Virus record (IMG/VR): IMGVR_UViG_3300023179_004149
Coordinates: 256,935-320,934 of that record
Length of the DNA: 64,000 nt
Strand: one strand, 5' to 3'
A model generated the notes under the pieces. The model did not search any database and was not told the origin of the DNA. It worked only from the letters and a program-made list of their open reading frames with translations. Below, one piece after another: positions 61,174 to 64,000 of this stretch; position 1 is the first letter of the stretch; each line of letters starts with the position of its first letter. The translations under genes and the position numbers were made by a program.

Positions 61174-63247
61174 AATATTTAATTCTGAAATCTATCAACA
61201 TTCTGTTAACAAAATCCTTATCTATCTTATTGGGTAGATCGGAATTAGCATATAACTCATCCAATAGTTTTATCTTTGTTTCAGCTTCCAGTAACAGAGC
61301 TTCGTACTCCATCTCACCGTTCCTAATTAACATCAATTCAGCGGCATCTGGGCGCTTTACCATAACCTTCTTTTGTTCGGCTATCTCAGTTGCCATACGA
61401 ACCAACCTAATACAGTGCATCATGTTTTTACTATTCCCATGAAATGCCATTTTATTAGCATTTCTTGTTATCAAGATTGAATTTGGAACCTCGAAACATA
61501 CGATATTTTCATTATCAACAATTCGCTTTGTCCAACCGAACACTCTTTTATTGTTCTTATTTATACACTGGGTTTGTTTTTTTTGTTTGGATATAAACAA
61601 TTGCTTAGTACTCACATATGGGTAAAACTGCGTATTATATCCGTTTAAGGTTAATAATGTGTGTAATTGATCAACCAATACCCCAGAATTAGAATAATAA
61701 ACAGTATGTCCTTTTTTATGGATGTGACCATCGCCAGAAACTAATGCGTCTAATAAAATATCGACCTGTTCATTTGATAATGATAAATAATAAGACGGTA
61801 ATGTTTTATTTCTACAATATTCACCACATTCGTTTTTAATGATATCAGCCAATTTGGTATCGTAAATATTATATGTTGTTTCCAACCTACCTTTCCTTTC
61901 ATGAGTATACTCATGAATATTATATTTATCACGAATTAAAGATATCAATTCTCTAAATCTTCCATCTTTGACTTGACTTAGACTTATACCTTTAACCAAA
62001 CCTTTTTCATTCTTTATTAAAGACCCTTCACTAATATATAAACCTATTAATATTAACAATTCATTACTTATAACTATACCGCCATGCGTTGAGCCAGGTG
62101 CGTTAATTAAAATATGCTTATATGATTTTTTATTGGTAAAGAAATCATTAACCGTTTCAAAATAAAAGTCAGATGATCGTGATGTTTTAAAACCATTCTT
62201 TAAACTTCTTGCTGTGTTTGCAACAAATAATTTATGATTACCCGTTACAGAAAATTTAGTGTATCTATTTTCGAACGTAAAAATATCACCAGAATAAGAA
62301 TCTTTGATCCTATTAGTATATTGTTGCCATTCAACTAATAACGTTTCGGGGTTAATTGTACCTATATAGTCGTTATGTGTCACTTCATCATATTTTTTCC
62401 ACCCATTATAGGTTAGAAATTCAGTCTCCGACTCTAAGTAACAGTCATAACCCTTACCGTGTTCCATATTGGTGTTATACCTGTGCTGGTTTTTCTTTTC
62501 TTCCCAGTCCCAATACTCTTTGTAATCCTTGCAGTATTTGGTATAACCATCTTTGTTGTAGATCATGGTGGCTATCGGTGTCTCGCCTTTTGGGATGGAT
62601 GATAAACGAACTTCGTTAGATGTACCGTCCTCATTTTCTATACCACGATAACCTAACGAGATCTGATGATCATCATAAAACAAAGCATAAACATCTCTGG
62701 CGTGTGGTACGTTAACCAAACCACAATATTTTTGGTCATAACCGTTAACACTTAAAAATGTCTTTAGTGATACCGTATCACACCCATCGATTACATGACA
62801 GAAATCCAAAATACCTTTACGCTCTTTAGGCATTGGGTTTACAATCTTCTTGTTTAACCCCCTGGCTTTTTGTATCTGTGCCACAGCATAGCCACCGAAT
62901 GAATCACGGCATACTTTGCTGATGAAGTCACCCTTATGTTTAAGGATTTCATCAAACAACGGATGTTTATATATGATGTTTTCCTCTGGTATGTTGAACA
63001 ATTCTATAATGTTCGGGTTCTGAGCCTGTAACAGCTGTAAGAACCTGCCGATCTCATAATAAACCGAGTCATTGGTGGCATCAGAAACCTGTTCAATATA
63101 ATTGAATCCATAAAGGTTCTCCTGGGGTAGTATATATACCCCCCTGTAATCGAAATCGGACATTGGCTTATGTGTACCATAAGCGCGTGAGCCTGATATT
63201 ACCTCAAAGAGCATTAAGCCCTTATCTCTCAAATCTTGTATTGTCAT
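61154..63247 (-). CDS. Pol-beta-superfamily nucleotidyltransferase (RlaP/YcgL-like) containing an intein
   Basis: GSRAYG...SDFDYRG, NPNIIE, GYA; exteins rejoin as GYD|SKNMMHCIRL (360 aa spliced). Confidence 0.85.
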   Translation of the reverse strand: MTIQDLRDKGLMLFEVISGSRAYGTHKPMSDFDYRGVYILPQENLYGFNYIEQVSDATNDSVYYEIGRFLQLLQAQNPNIIELFNIPEENIIYKHPLFDEILKHKGDFISKVCRDSFGGYAVAQIQKARGLNKKIVNPMPKERKGILDFCHVIDGCDTVSLKTFLSVNGYDQKYCGLVNVPHARDVYALFYDDHQISLGYRGIENEDGTSNEVRLSSIPKGETPIATMIYNKDGYTKYCKDYKEYWDWEEKKNQHRYNTNMEHGKGYDCYLESETEFLTYNGWKKYDEVTHNDYIGTINPETLLVEWQQYTNRIKDSYSGDIFTFENRYTKFSVTGNHKLFVANTARSLKNGFKTSRSSDFYFETVNDFFTNKKSYKHILINAPGSTHGGIVISNELLILIGLYISEGSLIKNEKGLVKGISLSQVKDGRFRELISLIRDKYNIHEYTHERKGRLETTYNIYDTKLADIIKNECGEYCRNKTLPSYYLSLSNEQVDILLDALVSGDGHIHKKGHTVYYSNSGVLVDQLHTLLTLNGYNTQFYPYVSTKQLFISKQKKQTQCINKNNKRVFGWTKRIVDNENIVCFEVPNSILITRNANKMAFHGNSKNMMHCIRLVRMATEIAEQKKVMVKRPDAAELMLIRNGEMEYEALLLEAETKIKLLDELYANSDLPNKIDKDFVNRMLIDFRIKYYETRKS
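61433..62443 (-). mobile_element. 337-aa intein with LAGLIDADG endonuclease
   Basis: starts CYLESETEFLTYNGW, block B VTGNHK, LIGLYISEG and LDALVSGDG, ends VCFEV...FHGN before +1 Ser. Confidence 0.9.
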
Positions 63248-64000
63248 AGATAGTCTTTTTTATATTTTAATAATGCTATGTCTTTCATTTTGCATTCCAG
63301 TTCGATGTCAACGGGAATATCAAAGTTCTCAAATCGTTCATGAAGAAACTCAGTGTGTGTACGCTTTGTTTCCTTATCGTCTTCATACAATTTGGCCGAC
63401 GTAGAGTGATGACACAATGGTTTAACGTTACTCCAGGTTGAAATAGCTAATTTGAATGTTTCTTCCCAGGTCATGTCGCCAGGGTGACATTGATAGTGCA
63501 AAGAATCTGGTATGATCGGTATGTTGATGTTTTTGTGTACCATATCATACAAATGCTTCACAGTATACTGCGCTTCCTTATCATCGTTTTCAATAGTTAA
63601 GCGTTTCTTGGTACTTTCGCTAAGGCGTTGAAATCCAATACAAAAACGAGCAGCCGCATCTTCCAGTGTAGGTTTGGTATTGCTCAGATGGATATTGATG
63701 CCGTAAAATGGTGTTTGTGGCAATTCCATCATATCCAGGATTTCAGCATGTCTGTCCAACTCGGTAATTGACATATCGACTGTCGCTGGGTTCTCAGAAG
63801 CGATTACACAAAACTGACCAGGGTGAAAACCAACACGCATGTTGTTCTCCATGACAAATTGACCGATCAGTTTGCACTGAATCTTGATTTTGGCATAATT
63901 TGGTAGATCAACCATACGATAGTGCGTCATCCAGGGAAACATATCACTGGACATACGGTAAACCATAATACCATTATATAGGTTATACAAAATCAAGATT
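63244..64000 (-). CDS. uvsE: UV-damage endonuclease (5'-truncated by the window edge)
   Basis: YRMSSDMFP, FHPGQF, INIH, LTIENDD, DSLH, HHS, ECKMKD. Confidence 0.9.
   Translation of the reverse strand, partial: ILILYNLYNGIMVYRMSSDMFPWMTHYRMVDLPNYAKIKIQCKLIGQFVMENNMRVGFHPGQFCVIASENPATVDMSITELDRHAEILDMMELPQTPFYGINIHLSNTKPTLEDAAARFCIGFQRLSESTKKRLTIENDDKEAQYTVKHLYDMVHKNINIPIIPDSLHYQCHPGDMTWEETFKLAISTWSNVKPLCHHSTSAKLYEDDKETKRTHTEFLHERFENFDIPVDIELECKMKDIALLKYKKDYL

Noticed and set aside
756-62619. Most plus-strand and nested ORFs in the track (e.g. 11129-11707, 21623-22045, 31989-32267)
   Set aside because: Antisense shadows of real minus-strand genes or RNAs, with no motifs or promoters
1-64000. 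Stop-codon reassignment (code 15 or 4) as in Lak or some crAss-like phages
   Set aside because: Long conserved genes are intact in code 11, and TAG and TGA both end genes at natural positions

Overview
AT-rich (about one third GC), gene-dense segment of a large (jumbo/huge-type) dsDNA phage genome. There are about 110 mostly short CDSs, nearly all on the minus strand, in standard code 11. More than 20 TTTG-N19-21-TAnnTTTG promoters point to a Bacteroidota host. No virion structural genes are recognisable, so this looks like an early/middle accessory and metabolism region. Recognisable genes: ATP-dependent DNA ligase, a TonB-dependent receptor-PnuC-NadR operon, a CinA/PncC-NadD-like fusion, DHFR, ECF sigma factor, YqeY, SmpB, ClpP, thioredoxin, RNA ligase, RNA-repair-type kinase/phosphatases, a 2H phosphoesterase, an intein-containing nucleotidyltransferase, UvsE, and HNH and LAGLIDADG endonucleases. 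Most unusual signals: (1) a 1.3 kb non-coding RNA cluster (31.26-32.6 kb) centred on a 282-nt tRNA-Leu-like scaffold with a 15-nt anticodon loop and a ~200-nt structured variable-arm insert, preceded by a terminator/antiterminator switch; (2) a metallophosphoesterase whose catalytic DxH motif is split by ACG-TAA-CG directly after a strong hairpin, a candidate programmed ribosomal stop-hop, and whose 3' end is duplicated around a homing endonuclease; (3) a full NAD-precursor import/salvage route; (4) an origin-like skew switch with GAATTC and GTG-10-mer repeats next to a tandem paralogue array; (5) several deletion scars. All functional calls come from motifs read by eye, with no database searches.
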